Part shown: positions 63,137 to 64,000 of the stretch, in pieces
How positions within the stretch are numbered: the stretch's first letter is position 1
Layout of the letters: each line of letters opens with the position of its first letter
Origin: Callorhinchus milii
Taxonomy: Eukaryota
Direction: 5' to 3'
NCBI RefSeq assembly: GCF_018977255.1
Contig: NW_024704743.1
Coordinates: forward strand, 1,426,001 to 1,490,000
DNA: 64,000 nucleotides
The notes under the pieces: generated by a model
What the model saw: only the letters and a program-made list of their open reading frames with translations
Databases searched by the model: none
What the model was told of the DNA's origin: nothing
Translations under genes and position numbers: made by a program

Positions 63137-64000
63137 CTGGGAGAGAAAAGTCACAGCAGTCAGTGAGGAAGGACACAGCACAATCAAACACAATGCTTAC
63201 ACCTCCCAACAACAACAACAACTTGCATTCACGTAGCGTCTTTCACGTCGGGAGGACATCCCAGGGGGGCTTTGGCATCCAAGGGTTTGCATTTGAGCTG
63301 GGGTCAAAGAGGGCTGGGGGGGGTGGGGGGGCGGGTGGAGTGGGAGAGTGGCCGAAGGCTACGGTCAAAAGGGAAGAGGTCTTGAGAAGGGTCTTGAAGG
63401 GGGCGAGGGAGGTGGCGAGGACTGGGGAAAGAAATTTCCAATGGGTGGGGGTGGAATGGCATAAGGCCCAATGCCAATGGTGGGTCGGGCAGGGCGGGAA
63501 GGTGGGCCAGTGCCCGCCGAACAGTGGGAATGACCTGGAGTTACCTAGAACTTATCTCTGTATCAGACCGAGAGTTCTATTCATCCGATCTACATGGGAA
63601 ATCCTTGCGTGTCGGATTGGAATCTCTCCCTGGAGGGACGCACCTCGCGCACCTAACTCTGGAGAGTAATAAGCGCGGGTTGGTGAGAGCCAAGGCTTTG
63701 GGTGGGGGGGGCTCGTAGGGTTAACAGGAGCTGAGTGGAAGGATTCCTTGATAGCCTCCGGGGACTGGTCTGCTCTTCCAAGTCCTGCTGTTGGCTATCA
63801 ACAGCAATGCCCTGGAATACTGTGGACCATTTTTTATTTGGTGGGGAGGGTGTAGGGCATTGCGGGCCAGGACACCTGGAGGAACTCCTTTCTCTTTTCC
63901 AACAGTTTTCCACGGGATCTTTAAGGCGTCTACCGATCGACGCAACAACACAACCGGGGTTCCTACTGACTGCTGGCGCGCGTGTGTGTGTGCGTGTGTG

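Overview
Repeat-rich vertebrate genomic DNA, most likely from a chimaera or shark (inferred from the tRNA/Deu/L2-type SINE, L2 and CR1 content). The ORF track is mostly noise, and the real genes are spliced. From left to right: (1) the last two coding exons of SEC22C (+); (2) a complete 13-coding-exon VIPR1/VPAC1 gene (-, 30468 to 15713, 443 aa, all GT-AG junctions in frame); (3) about 20 kb of non-coding DNA ending in a 25-N assembly gap; (4) exons 8-13 of a second class B1 GPCR most similar to the GHRH-receptor-like/PRP receptor (+), with a +1 frameshift in exon 11 and no detectable exons 1-7; (5) the last two exons of ADCYAP1R1/PAC1 (-). The window is therefore a compact VIPR1-PRPR-PAC1 secretin-family receptor cluster. 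SINE fragments occur at about one per kb, along with L2 and CR1 fragments, an unclassified interspersed repeat, two retroelement-derived minisatellites and many microsatellites. I found no convincing wholly new biological system. The best leads are the receptor cluster, the status of the PRPR-like gene and several repeat-evolution signatures.
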